DNA of 64,000 bases from Gammaproteobacteria bacterium (GTDB lineage Bacteria; Pseudomonadota; Gammaproteobacteria; Ga0077536). The position numbers and the translations under genes are program-made. Under the pieces are notes generated by a model, which did not search any database, had not been told where the DNA came from, and saw only the letters and a list, made by a program, of their open reading frames with translations. The number at the start of each line of letters is the position of its first letter. Position 1 is the stretch's first letter. Positions 1 through 10,793 of the stretch are shown here, in pieces. The DNA lies in NCBI GenBank assembly GCA_963662545.2, contig CAXXLL010000002.1:544001-608000 (forward strand), given 5' to 3'.

Positions 1-169
1 CATGGCCCGCGCTGCACCGCAGCTCAATATCTTCGCCGTAGGTTTCCCCGTCATGATCTTTTTTGGGGTGATACTCGTCTTCCTTTCGCTCGATTCACTG
101 CCCGGAGTAGCGCGTTCATTGTTCGTTTCGGCGCTCGAGACTATCCGCCTGGTACTGGCAGCACCGTGA
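1..169 (+). CDS. fliR: flagellar biosynthesis protein FliR, 3' part (runs off window)
   Basis: Frame 2 reads MARAAPQLNIFAVGFPVMIFFG...LAAP*, the FliR C-terminal signature; directly upstream of flhB. Confidence 0.9.
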   Translation, partial: MARAAPQLNIFAVGFPVMIFFGVILVFLSLDSLPGVARSLFVSALETIRLVLAAP

Positions 170-170
170 C

Positions 171-1289
171 ATGGCAGAAAACCAGGACAGCCAGGAACGC
201 ACCGAGCAACCGACACCGAAACGGTTGGAGGATGCCCGCAAGAAGGGGCAGATCGCCCGCTCGCGAGAACTCTCGACCATGTTCATCCTGCTGGGTGGCG
301 CGCTCGCACTTTTTTTCAGCGGCGGACACCTCCTGACCGGCTTGAGCGACGTCATGACCGCAAGCTTTCAGTTGTCGCACGAGGAAGTCTTCGCGCCGCA
401 CCTGTTGCCGAGGCGCCTGGTCGAACTGATCCAGACCGCATTGATCGCGATTGGGCCGCTGCTGGCAATGGCGGCGGCGGTTTCACTCACCGCGCCGCTG
501 GCTCTCGGCGGGTGGACTCTGAGCGCAGAGGCCATGCAGCCCAAATTCGAGCGCCTCGATCCGATCAAGGGATTGAAGAGGGTGTTTGGGCCCAAAGGAT
601 TGATGGAAGGCATCAAGGCATTTGCCAAATTCGTTCTGATTCTCGGTTTCGCGGTGCTCGTACTCTACGTGAAACGGGATGCCATTCTCGGCCTCAGTCG
701 CGGCGACGTGTCTTCGAGCCTGGCGGCGGGCGCGCAGATCCTGTTTATGACTTTCGTGATCGTCAGCTCCGCAACCATCTTCATTGCGCTCGTCGACGTG
801 CCGTTTCAATTGTGGCAGCACAACAAACAGATGCGCATGTCGCGCCAGCAGCTCAAGGACGAATTAAAGGAAACGGATGGCGCGCCGGAACTCAAGGCGC
901 GGGTGCGTGCTCTCCAGCAGGAAATCGCACGCCGCCGCATGATGGAAGACGTGCCGAACGCCGATGTGGTGGTGACCAACCCGGAGCATTTCGCGGTGGC
1001 GCTCAAATTCGATGTCGATACCATGCGCGCGCCTGTCGTTGTCGCCAAGGGGGTGGAAGAAGTCGCGCAGAACATTCGCGACGTTGCGCAGGCACACGAT
1101 GTGACCATCATGTCGGCTCCACCACTCGCGCGAGCGCTCTATCACACGACGAAGATCAATCGCGAGATCCCTGCGGGGCTCTACCTGGCCGTCGCCAGGG
1201 TGCTTGCCTACGTGTTTCAGCTGCGTGCCGGTGTCGTGGATCGGTCCTTACCCGAGGATCTGCCGATCCCGGCGGACTTTGAATACTAA
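171..1289 (+). CDS. flhB: flagellar export apparatus protein FlhB
   Basis: N-terminal ERTEQPTPKRLEDARKKGQ, TM segments, VTNPEHFAVAL autocleavage region, PPLARALY. Confidence 0.97.
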   Translation: MAENQDSQERTEQPTPKRLEDARKKGQIARSRELSTMFILLGGALALFFSGGHLLTGLSDVMTASFQLSHEEVFAPHLLPRRLVELIQTALIAIGPLLAMAAAVSLTAPLALGGWTLSAEAMQPKFERLDPIKGLKRVFGPKGLMEGIKAFAKFVLILGFAVLVLYVKRDAILGLSRGDVSSSLAAGAQILFMTFVIVSSATIFIALVDVPFQLWQHNKQMRMSRQQLKDELKETDGAPELKARVRALQQEIARRRMMEDVPNADVVVTNPEHFAVALKFDVDTMRAPVVVAKGVEEVAQNIRDVAQAHDVTIMSAPPLARALYHTTKINREIPAGLYLAVARVLAYVFQLRAGVVDRSLPEDLPIPADFEY

Positions 1290-1466
1290 GGAACCTCTGA
1301 ATAAGTCATGGCCCATCTGCCTTGCCCATGAAATCGCGCAGCTCGGCGTTACGAACCTTGTCCATAGTCCCCGCTATGGCCGGCGATTCGTGCCTTGATC
1401 TGCACAATTTCACGAACCATTCAGACGCACCATGACTTATTCAGAGGTTCCCTAAACGGCAGCGAC

Positions 1467-3597
1467 ATGGCCACCACCCTTGTGAACAACGGACCGGTAA
1501 TCAATTTGCTGAGCAATATTCAGCGCTGGGGTGTCGGTGCGCCGCTCCTGCTGATGGCCATGCTGGCCATGATGGTGATCCCGCTGCCGCCGTTTCTGCT
1601 GGACATCTTGTTCACTTTCAATATCTCGCTTGCGCTGGTGGTGCTGCTGGCTGGCATCTACAGCAAGCGGCCGCTCGATTTCGCCGTGTTCCCGACCCTG
1701 CTCCTGATCGCCACCTTGTTGCGCCTGTCGCTCAACGTCGCTTCGACGCGGATCGTCCTGCTGAACGGCCACACCGGCACCGACGCCGCGGGGCAGGTGA
1801 TCCGCGCCTTTGGCGACTTCGTCGTCGGCGGTAACTACGCGGTCGGTTTCGTCGTTTTCGCGATCCTGGTGATCATCAATTTCGTGGTGGTCACCAAGGG
1901 CGCGGGCCGTATTGCGGAAGTCAGTGCGCGATTCACTCTGGACTCGATGCCGGGCAAGCAGATGGCGATCGACGCGGATCTCAACGCCGGCATCGTCAAC
2001 CAGGAAGAAGCGAAGCTGCGCCGGCAGGAAGTGGCGCAAGAGGCCGATTTCTACGGCGCCATGGACGGGGCCAGCAAGTTCGTCCGTGGCGACGCCATTG
2101 CCGGCATCCTCATCCTGTTCATCAACATCTTGGGCGGCCTCGTGATCGGCACCGTGCAGCACGGGATGCCGCTGGGAGAAGCCGTTCGCGTCTTTACTCT
2201 ACTCACCATCGGCGACGGCTTGGTCGCTCAGATCCCTTCGCTGCTGCTGGCGACGGCCGCGGCGATCATGCTCACACGCGTATCGACCGAACACGACGTC
2301 GGCGAGCAGGTTCTCACCCAGCTTTTCGACCGTCCCAAGGGCCTGGCAGTAACCGGCGGCGTGCTCGGGGTCATGGGGGTCATTCCGGGCATGCCCAACG
2401 TTCCCTTTCTACTCATGGCCGTCGGCGCTCTCGCGGGCGCCTGGTGGATAAACGAACGCAACAAGGAGCGCGCCGTCGCGGCCGAACTGCAGCCGCCCGC
2501 GCCGCCGTTGCCGGAGACGATCGAGCTTAGCTGGGACGACGTACTGCCGACCGATGTCATCGGCTACGTTCGGCCTCGAAGTCGGCTACCGCCTCATTCC
2601 GCTGGTCGATCGCGAGCAAAACGGTCAATTACTCGGGCGGCTTCGCGGCGTGCGCAAGAAACTGTCACAGGAACTCGGCTTTCTCATTCCGGCGGTGCAT
2701 ATTCGGGACAACCTGGATCTCGAGCCGAGCACCTATCGCTTGTCGATTCACGGCGCGGTGATCGGTCAGTCGGTGGTGCAGATGGACAAGGAACTCGCGA
2801 TCAACCCCGGTGAGGTCTACGGCGAACTCAAGGGCACGGTAACACGCGACCCCGTGTTTGATCTCGACGCCGTCTGGATCGGGGAGGACCAGCGCGAGCA
2901 GGCGCAGTCGCTGGGCTACACCGTGGTCGACGCGAGTACCGTTATTGCGACCCATTTGAGCCAGATCATCCAGGAACACGCCTGCGCGTTACTTGGACAC
3001 GACGAGGCGCAGAAACTGCTCGATGGGCTCACCCGTACGAATCCGAAACTGGTCGAAGATCTGGTGCCTAAGGTGCTGCCTTTGAGCGTTGTCGTGAAAG
3101 TGCTGCAAAACCTGCTGGCCGAGCAAATCCCGGTGCGCGACATCCGCACCATTCTCGAAGTGCTGGCCGAACACGGACCGCAGACCACCGACACCATCAC
3201 CCTGACCGGACTCGTACGCGCGTCACTGGGCCGGCTTATCGTGCAGCAGATCAACGGCCTCGGCGGCGAACTGCCCGTGATCACGCTCGATTTTTCACTG
3301 GAGCGGCTCTTGCAGCAGTCGATGGAAACGATGACGAGCGGGGCCATGGCCGTCGAGCCCAACCTCGCGAACCGGCTGCTCACCGCCCTGCGCGAAGCGC
3401 ACGAAGCACGCGAACTTGCCGGACAGCCCTCCGTTTTGTTGGTTGCCGATGGCCTGCGCGAATTTCTCGCACGGTTTACGCGTGCCGCGATCAAGAGCTT
3501 AAACGTCGTCGGGTTCAATGAGATCCCGAGCGACACACAGATTCGGATCGTCGCGACCGTCGGCGATGCGGCGTTGAGCGACGAAGGGGCGGCTTGA
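1467..3597 (+). pseudogene. flhA: flagellar export ATPase-platform protein FlhA, frameshifted at ~2565 (may be an assembly error)
   Basis: N-half (RFTLDSMPGKQMAIDADL, FYGAMDGASKFVRGDA) and C-half (GLEVGYRLIPLVD...) lie in different frames; 10 extra nt at 2565-2574. Confidence 0.9.
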
Positions 3598-3672
3598 GGC
3601 CGGTGGGCCGATGGCGCATATCGTCATTAAAGCCATGAAGATGGAGCATTTCCGACAAAGGGAGAGCAAGGG

Positions 3673-4893
3673 ATGAAGGTCAAACGCTATTTTGCCTCGA
3701 ACATGCGCTCCGCGCTCGACATGATCAAGCAAGCGCAGGGCGCGGACGTATTGATCCTGTCGAACCGCAAGGTCGACGGTGGCGTCGAACTTATCACCGG
3801 CGACGAGCTGACGGAGCAGGAAGCCGCGCGCCTGGCCGAACAGCCCGGCACCCGTACGCGCGGGAGTGATGTGGCCGACACCGCGGTCCTGCCGCAAGAA
3901 GCCGGTGAAAAAGCCCAGGAGGCCATACCGTTGTTGCCGCCGGACGCCGACACCCGTGATTATCTGTGGACGGATGCCGGTACGGTCGAGCAAATGCGTG
4001 TTGAACTCAACAATCTGAAGGGCCTGCTCGAGACGCAATTGTCCGGCCTCGCATGGTCGGAATTTGGTAATCGACACCCCTTGCGGGCCCGCTTGCTGCG
4101 CGTACTGATTCAGTTGGGAATCTGTCCGCACCTCGCGCGTTCGCTGGTGGCGGAAGTACCGGACGAAATTGATTACCGCGCCGGCTGGCACCGCGTACTC
4201 GCCACACTGATCGTTCGTATGAAAGCGCTCGATGATCCGATCATCCGTCACGGCGGCAAGATCGCCCTGCTCGGACCGACAGGTGTCGGCAAGAGCACCA
4301 TCGCCACCAAACTCGCGGCGCGATACGCCATTGAATACGGTGCGGCAAACGTCGCACTGATTTCGATGGACGATCGGCGACTCGGCGCCCATCAGCAGCT
4401 CAAGGCCTTTGGTCGGTTGATCGGCACTGCGGTTTACTTTGCGCGCGATACCGACGAACTCGCGACACTTTTGAGCGATCTCGAACGCCGCAGACTGGTC
4501 CTGATCGATACGCCCGGCGCTGCGCCGGACGATGCGCGCTACACCGGCCTCGCGGCCAATCTGGAAGGTCTCGATGCGGGAATTCACCTTTACAAGGTGT
4601 TGTCTGCGACGACCGACTATCTGGCCGCGACGAAACTGTTGAGGGCGACAGAGAACCACCTGCTGTCGGGATGTATTCTGACCAAGATCGACGAAGCCGC
4701 AACCCTCGGTCCGCCGCTCTCGGCCATCGTTGAATCCGGCCTGCCGCTGGCCTATACGAGTGCGGGTCAACGCGTCCCGGATGATCTCGATATCGCCGAT
4801 AGCCACGGGCTGCTGAAACGCGCGGTCGAGTTGGCCAAGACAGCGCCGGTACCGCGCGACCGGACCGTACTCGAACAGGCGTTTTCCGAATGA
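3673..4893 (+). CDS. flhF: flagellar biosynthesis SRP-type GTPase FlhF
   Basis: MKVKRYFA start, GPTGVGKST P-loop, DTPG, TKIDE, GQRVPDDL. Confidence 0.95.
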   Translation: MKVKRYFASNMRSALDMIKQAQGADVLILSNRKVDGGVELITGDELTEQEAARLAEQPGTRTRGSDVADTAVLPQEAGEKAQEAIPLLPPDADTRDYLWTDAGTVEQMRVELNNLKGLLETQLSGLAWSEFGNRHPLRARLLRVLIQLGICPHLARSLVAEVPDEIDYRAGWHRVLATLIVRMKALDDPIIRHGGKIALLGPTGVGKSTIATKLAARYAIEYGAANVALISMDDRRLGAHQQLKAFGRLIGTAVYFARDTDELATLLSDLERRRLVLIDTPGAAPDDARYTGLAANLEGLDAGIHLYKVLSATTDYLAATKLLRATENHLLSGCILTKIDEAATLGPPLSAIVESGLPLAYTSAGQRVPDDLDIADSHGLLKRAVELAKTAPVPRDRTVLEQAFSE

Positions 4894-5753
4894 CGCGCGA
4901 TCATCCCCACCGGCACGGCAGCGCTACGCCGACCCGCGTGATCGCAGTCACCAGTGGTAAGGGCGGCGTCGGCAAGACCACGGTTTCGATCAACCTCGCC
5001 GTCGCGCTCGGCGAATTAGGCCATGAAGTCATGTTGCTCGACGCCGATCTCGGTCTTGCCAACGTCGACGTACTGCTCGGCCTGTCGCCCCAGCGGACAC
5101 TCTCGGATGTTATCGAAGGCAAGTGCGCACTCGCTGATATCATCGTTTATGGTCCCGAGGGCATCGGTATCGTTCCTGCGGCGTCGGGCATACAACGCAT
5201 GGCGGAACTGACGGATTTCGAACGCGCCGGCCTGTTGGGCGCCTTCGGACAGCTCGAACAGACGGCCGATTTCATGATTGTCGATACAGCTGCGGGGATT
5301 GCCTCGAACACTTTGCAATTTTGCGACGCTTCGCAGGAAGTGCTGGTCGTGGTGTGTGACGACCCGGCGTCGATCACCGACGCCTACGCCACGATCAAGG
5401 TCCTGAACCAGCGGACCGGGCGGCAGCGGTTTCGCGTCCTCGTGAACATGGCACGCCACGAAGCCGTGGCGATGCAGCTCTATCAGCGATTGGTCGAAGT
5501 GACCGATCGCTATCTCGACGTGAGCCTGGATTTTGCCGGCCGGATACCCTTTGACGCTGTGGTCGGAGCAGCCATGCGCCGCCGTCAGTGCGTGATCAAG
5601 GCGTATCCAGCCAGCAAATCGGCGCTCGCATTCAAGAATCTGGCAAGCACGACCGATAACTGGCCTATACCTCGCGGGGCGAGCGGCCACCTGGAGTTCT
5701 TCGTGGAACGGGTAGTCCGCTCGGAATCGCGTGGGAGGGTGGCCCAGGTATGA
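4890..5753 (+). CDS. fleN: flagellar number regulator FleN/FlhG (MinD-like ATPase)
   Basis: SGKGGVGKT deviant Walker A, DADLGLANVD, position between flhF and fliA. Confidence 0.95.
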   Translation: MTRDHPHRHGSATPTRVIAVTSGKGGVGKTTVSINLAVALGELGHEVMLLDADLGLANVDVLLGLSPQRTLSDVIEGKCALADIIVYGPEGIGIVPAASGIQRMAELTDFERAGLLGAFGQLEQTADFMIVDTAAGIASNTLQFCDASQEVLVVVCDDPASITDAYATIKVLNQRTGRQRFRVLVNMARHEAVAMQLYQRLVEVTDRYLDVSLDFAGRIPFDAVVGAAMRRRQCVIKAYPASKSALAFKNLASTTDNWPIPRGASGHLEFFVERVVRSESRGRVAQV

Positions 5754-6490
5754 AAGACATCGCGGCCTATAAGAGGACAGCGAATTCCGACATCTCATCG
5801 CGTAGCCAGAATGAGGTGGTGGATGAGTATGCGCCGCTGGTCAAGCGCATTGCCTATCATCTGATGACCCGTTTGCCGCCGACGGTGCAGGTGGACGACT
5901 TGATCCAATCCGGCATGATCGGGCTGCTTGAAGCCGCGCGAAACTATGATCCGACCCAGGGCGCCAGCTTCGAGACCTACGCCGGTATTCGTATCCGCGG
6001 CGCCATGTTGGACGAGATCCGTAAAGGAGACTGGGCGCCCCGTTCGCTACACCGCAAGGTCCGCGCGATCACCAAGGCAGTCGCCGACATCGAAGCCCAG
6101 TTCGGGCGCGACGCCCGCGACGCTGAAGTGGCGGAGCACGTTGGCATGTCGCTCGATGACTATTACCACACGCTCCAGGACGCGACGGGCTATCGTGTGT
6201 TCAGTTTTGAAAACCTGCCTGCGGGTGAGGAGGGTATGACCGAAAGCCTGACCGTGAAGTTTCCCGAGCCCTTGGAGAACGTGCAGAACGATCTCTTCAA
6301 GGAGGCGCTGGCCGAGGCGATTGCAGGACTACCCGAGCGAGAACGCCTGGTGATGTCGCTTTACTACAAGGAAGAACTGAATTTGCGGGAGACCGGCGAC
6401 GTACTGGGCGTCAGCGAATCGCGCGTGTGCCAGATCCATTCACAGGCGCTGATCCGGCTCAAATCGCGCATGGTCGAATGGACGCGTTGA
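5750..6490 (+). CDS. fliA: RNA polymerase sigma-28 factor FliA
   Basis: DDLIQSGMIGLLEA, RIRGAMLDEIR, DWAPRS, VSESRVCQIH. Confidence 0.97.
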   Translation: MKDIAAYKRTANSDISSRSQNEVVDEYAPLVKRIAYHLMTRLPPTVQVDDLIQSGMIGLLEAARNYDPTQGASFETYAGIRIRGAMLDEIRKGDWAPRSLHRKVRAITKAVADIEAQFGRDARDAEVAEHVGMSLDDYYHTLQDATGYRVFSFENLPAGEEGMTESLTVKFPEPLENVQNDLFKEALAEAIAGLPERERLVMSLYYKEELNLRETGDVLGVSESRVCQIHSQALIRLKSRMVEWTR

Positions 6491-6546
6491 GATGACGGGC
6501 GGCGACGGCGCTTAGGGCCATCCCATCGTTGACAGGCGAGGTGTTC

Positions 6547-6939
6547 GTGAACAAAGGCATACGAATTCTTCTGGTCGACGATTCACTGATAATGCGCATG
6601 CGCGTGGAAGACCTGTTGCGTGACCTGGGATTTTTCCATATCAAGCTGGCCGACGACGGCCGATCGGCCCTCGCCGAACTGAGCCATGCCCGCTTCGATA
6701 TTGTCATCACCGATTCCATCATGCCGCAGGTGGGCGGCATTGAACTAATTCGAAGAATGCGTTCGGATCCGAACACCGCCAATGTGCCTGCCCTCATGAT
6801 GACGGGCGAAGCGGGCGGCGAACAGTCGCGTTTGGCGAGAAAAATAGGTGCGAACGCATGCATTGACAAGCCATTCTCCGCTAGCGAACTCGGACGGAAG
6901 ATCGAAGCGATCTTTTCCCCGCTCGAATGCGCGGTTTGA
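6547..6939 (+). CDS. cheY: CheY-like single-domain response regulator
   Basis: LLVDDS, ITDSIMP (phospho-Asp), KPF; canonical position after fliA; start codon uncertain. Confidence 0.8.
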   Translation: MNKGIRILLVDDSLIMRMRVEDLLRDLGFFHIKLADDGRSALAELSHARFDIVITDSIMPQVGGIELIRRMRSDPNTANVPALMMTGEAGGEQSRLARKIGANACIDKPFSASELGRKIEAIFSPLECAV

Positions 6940-7097
6940 AGCTGCGCCGGCTCACCGAGCCGGCTACGTCACCCGTCAGTTTTCCTGTAATCGGCCGCTA
7001 TACCTACCAGGGATAGGCAGTGTGCCCGGGCTGGTACGGCCGGGAGCCGGTGCCGGCCGGGACCCGTGTCAACTCGGCGCGAACAACGATGATACGC

Positions 7098-7847
7098 ATG
7101 CACAGGATCGACACACTCAGCTTGACGGGCATCATGATTGCCTTCTGCGCCGTATTGATCGGTCAGCACCTCGAGGGCGGTCAGATTTCGACGCTGGTCA
7201 ACGGACCGGCGGGCTTGATCGTCGTCGGCGGTAGCCTCGGCGCAACGATGCTGCAATCGCCCATGCCCATCTTCGTACGCGCGTTGATGATGCTGGCTTG
7301 GATCGTGCATCCTCCCGCACTCCGGCCCGAGGCGATGCTGCGGGAAATTGTGGACTGGGCGCGCCTCGCCCGCCGCGAAGGCCTGCTCGGTCTCGAGAAC
7401 ATCGTCGAATCCGTCGGTGACGACTATGCGCGCAAGGGCCTGCAGCTTGTAATCGACGGCAATGAGCCCGATATCATTCGCGACACGCTCGAACTCGACA
7501 GCCTGGCGCGCGAGCGCCGCGATCTGGACTCGGCGAAAGTGCTCGATGGCATCGGCGGCTACGCGCCCACGTTCGGGATCCTCGGCGCCGTCATGGGCCT
7601 GATCCAGGTCATGGACAATCTTGCTGATCCTTCGATGCTGGGCGAGGGTATCGCGGTCGCGTTCGTCGCGACCGTCTACGGCGTCGGCCTCGCCAACCTC
7701 GTGTTCATCCCCGCCGCTAACAAACTCAAGGCCATCGTTCGTGAAGAGTCGCGCCTGCAGGAACTCATTGCCATCGGAATCTGCGCGATCGCCGATGGCG
7801 AAAACCCACGCGTCGTCGAAGCACGCTTGCAGGGGTTGGTGGTTTAG
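7098..7847 (+). CDS. motA: flagellar stator protein MotA family (MotC-like)
   Basis: ARREGLLGLE, GGYAPTFGILGAVMGLI, AFVATVYGV; start chosen at internal ATG. Confidence 0.92.
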   Translation: MHRIDTLSLTGIMIAFCAVLIGQHLEGGQISTLVNGPAGLIVVGGSLGATMLQSPMPIFVRALMMLAWIVHPPALRPEAMLREIVDWARLARREGLLGLENIVESVGDDYARKGLQLVIDGNEPDIIRDTLELDSLARERRDLDSAKVLDGIGGYAPTFGILGAVMGLIQVMDNLADPSMLGEGIAVAFVATVYGVGLANLVFIPAANKLKAIVREESRLQELIAIGICAIADGENPRVVEARLQGLVV

Positions 7848-8773
7848 TGAGTCTGCACGCGAGACGAGTGCGTAGGCGTCTCTCAGCGGCCGCGATTGAC
7901 GAAGGAGAAATTTCGGACCGCTGGATCCTGTCGTACGCAGACTTCATCACACTCCTATTCGCGTTCTTCGTCGTCATGTACTCCATTTCCTCGGTCAACG
8001 ACGGCAAGTTCAGGGTGCTGTCGGAATCGATGGCCACGGTTTTCCACGACGAATCTCCATTGCCCGCGCCCGTCGACCTGGGTGGCGGTATGCCCGGCCT
8101 CTATCGGTATCCCGGAGCGGACGAGGGAGGGTCGCCGTCGCGCATGCAGGAGTTTGTGGCACTGGACGACTTTCCCGTGCCGGTGGCCGAGATCGACTCC
8201 CGGGATCTGCGCTCCGATCAGCTCGCGCGCAAAGTCGAGCAGATCCTGAAGGGCGCGATCGAAATGAAGCAGGTCAACGTTCGGGACAGTGAAAACTGGA
8301 CGGAGGTCGAGCTTGATAGTGAGTTCATGTTCGAAACCGGTCAGGGGCGGCTCAGTCGCGAGGCAGCGGAACTGATCAAGCAGGTCGCGGACTTGATCCA
8401 GGCGACCGATACGCCCGTGCGAGTCGAAGGTTTCACCGACGACATCTCGTTGACCGGCGGTATTTACGGCTCCAACTGGGAATTGTCGGCCGCACGCGCC
8501 GCGAATGTGGTGGCAGCGTTCGCGCAGGCTGGCGTCGAGCCGCAACGCATGTCCGCGACTGGTTTTGGTGAGTTGCACCCGGTCGCCGACAACGCGACCC
8601 GCGATGGTCGCCGCAAAAATCGACGGGTAGTCATCGCCATTGCCAAGCACAAGCAGGTACCTGATGCGAGCGCCACGCTTGCCGCCGCGCGCCGCGACGC
8701 CGTGGAAGAATTGCCGCTCAGGACGCTGCAGCGGGTGACGGGATTGCCCGGGCCCGAAGCGATCTCGCTGTGA
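7847..8773 (+). CDS. motB: flagellar stator protein MotB family (MotD-like)
   Basis: WILSYADFITLLFAFFVVMYSIS TM motif; OmpA-like domain (VEGFTDD, NWELSAARA, NRRV). Confidence 0.92.
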   Translation: MSLHARRVRRRLSAAAIDEGEISDRWILSYADFITLLFAFFVVMYSISSVNDGKFRVLSESMATVFHDESPLPAPVDLGGGMPGLYRYPGADEGGSPSRMQEFVALDDFPVPVAEIDSRDLRSDQLARKVEQILKGAIEMKQVNVRDSENWTEVELDSEFMFETGQGRLSREAAELIKQVADLIQATDTPVRVEGFTDDISLTGGIYGSNWELSAARAANVVAAFAQAGVEPQRMSATGFGELHPVADNATRDGRRKNRRVVIAIAKHKQVPDASATLAAARRDAVEELPLRTLQRVTGLPGPEAISL

Positions 8774-8951
8774 GGCGGGCGGTCGACCGTGGATTCTCCA
8801 AGCTGGCACGGAGAATGCCTTGGTAACATTCAAGCCGGGGTGCATGACCGGATTTTGACGCCTCGCCCATTTCGTCGAGGCCGCATATGAACGTCGAATC
8901 TGTGAGCAAACAGCAAGACTGCTTAGGCGAATTCAACGCAATCGGGGTGGC

Positions 8952-9134
8952 GTGATCGGAGCATCGCAGATCGCCATGGAGATCAAGCCCACTAATCCCA
9001 TGCCGCCCGTCGCTCCCGCCAGGAAGGTCGAACGGCAGGACAGTCAGCGGCGAGATGAAGCCCCCAAGCGCCGCAGGCGCGAAGACCGTGACGGTCGCGA
9101 AGACAACGAGCCTGGAATCGATACCTACGCCTGA
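8952..9134 (+). CDS. small hydrophilic hypothetical protein
   Basis: 60-aa ORF ending GIDTYA, abutting next ORF; start uncertain. Confidence 0.45.
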   Translation: MIGASQIAMEIKPTNPMPPVAPARKVERQDSQRRDEAPKRRRREDRDGREDNEPGIDTYA

Positions 9135-9136
9135 AT

Positions 9137-9544
9137 ATGATCTACACGCTCCCGGAAATTCTCGTGTCCACAGTCGCACTCGCCGTGGCAGTACTTGCCG
9201 TATGGCAGATCCGTCAATCGCGCCTCATGCGGCGGCTCGAAGCCGCAATGACCGAGCAGCGCAAAAACAGCCAGAGATTGAACCAACATCTGACGGCACT
9301 CCTCGAATGCTCCCGCCGGATTGGCGAGCGCCTGGGCGAAAACGAACGCGCGCAACGTGCCATGCAGAAACAAATCGATAGCGCGCCAGCGGGCGACGAA
9401 AACGAGGTCGCCATCAAACACGCCTTGAAGCTCCTCGAAAACGGCTGGGCTTTATCAGAGGTCACCGAAATCTGCGACCTCACCCAAGGCGAAGTCGAAA
9501 TCCTGCAAAATCTCACCCGCCACCAGAACCAAGACGCCGCCTGA
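9137..9544 (+). CDS. DUF2802-like protein (N-terminal TM, coiled coil, C-terminal HTH-like)
   Basis: C-terminal HALKLLENG...ICDLTQGEVEIL pattern; usual position at end of fla/che operon. Confidence 0.7.
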   Translation: MIYTLPEILVSTVALAVAVLAVWQIRQSRLMRRLEAAMTEQRKNSQRLNQHLTALLECSRRIGERLGENERAQRAMQKQIDSAPAGDENEVAIKHALKLLENGWALSEVTEICDLTQGEVEILQNLTRHQNQDAA

Positions 9545-9677
9545 CAGTGGCCGTCCGTTCCTCTAAGAACCTGTAAAGCAGTACAATCCGATCCCGTTCG
9601 GTCGCGTACTGGCTGGGGTTAAACTCTGGGTATAAGAGTATCGGCCATGGATGGCAGGCACGAGACCAAGCAGATAC

Positions 9678-9768
9678 GGAGAGGTGGCCGAGTGGTTGAA
9701 GGCGCACGCCTGGAAAGTGTGTATACGTTAAAAGCGTATCGAGGGTTCGAATCCCTCTCTCTCCGCCA
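9678..9768 (+). tRNA. tRNA-Ser(GGA)
   Basis: GGAGAGG acceptor pairing with CTCTCC-G-CCA, anticodon loop CTGGAAA, long variable arm, GTTCGAATC T-loop. Confidence 0.97.
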
Positions 9769-10793
9769 AACTTAAAAGTTAACATATTGATTAATAGATC
9801 ATTTACTCATTTAAATAATTATTGGTCCCCCGATTAGCCCCCGATTTGATCGTTGCCGCGGTCCTATCCGCCCGCTTCCTGACGGTCGTGCGTGACGGCA
9901 ACACCCCCGCCACGTAGGCCTCAATAAGTATGTCCAATCATTGCAGCCGACCAAACATCCTTGAAGCGGCCAGCGACGGTCCGGCTTTGAAAGCGCATCC
10001 CGACGGGCCTGGGAATTAAGATTCACCTGGTGTCTCTGTTCGCAACGCTTCCTTCACCATCAAGTCGCGGTGCGCGTGCGTCGGATCCCGCAGGCAGCGC
10101 TACGCTGTGAGGTTGCTTTACCGCAGGCGGGTGCAAGAGGCGTGCTCAAACGCGCATTCGTGTTCAAATTTCCGTGATGAAAAGGAATAGGTCTTGTCCA
10201 GCGCGGTGCGGATGAGGTCGTACATGGACTGGGCGTCGTTTGACTCCCTGAACTCAGGCATCAAACAAGAACTGTACTGGGTCTTAGCCACCCACGTATC
10301 GTGATTGACGCAGCCACCAATGAGATCAATAGGCTTCAGCCTCATCGAAGCTGTAGCGCGATTGCGGCGCTCGATAGCCCCATCCGCAGATTCTGTGGTG
10401 ATGTGGTACATCACCCAGTCCGAGGCCGGGCAAATTGCTTGCGCTTCGCCGTCGCTACGCGCACATCCGGCTCCGACCCATCGAAGGAGTCAGTCTATGC
10501 AATATCACAATGGCGACTGATACCCAGGTTGCCTAGCAAGCCAGTGGTAAAACCGCTTTATGGACACCGGGTCGAGGTCACGGGTGCTGTGCTCAACTGC
10601 TTGCCAGCAGCTGGTTCGTCTGGTCGGCAAGCCTGTTACTGATGGCTTTTTGCCGTGACACTTTCGGCGACCGCCCCGTTCGTAACCGGCAAAACCGATG
10701 AAACCGACACCACCCGCCATGAAGCTGCTCTCGTGACGCCCAAACCACCATCTGGAGTTGCCCCGTTTCCGTGGACGGTATAGCGCTTGGGTT

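Noticed and set aside
3499-4806. Long antisense ORFs (also 5016-5798, 7955-8845, 46390-47373, 49027-50298)
   Set aside because: They lie opposite well-supported genes in GC-rich DNA and show no recognisable motifs.
9513-9785. 90-aa minus-strand ORF
   Set aside because: Antisense shadow of tRNA-Ser (GGERGIRTLDT is the typical artefact).
9850-10750. Short ORFs after the tRNA as an integrase or cargo
   Set aside because: No integrase motifs and no convincing coding signal; probably decayed DNA.
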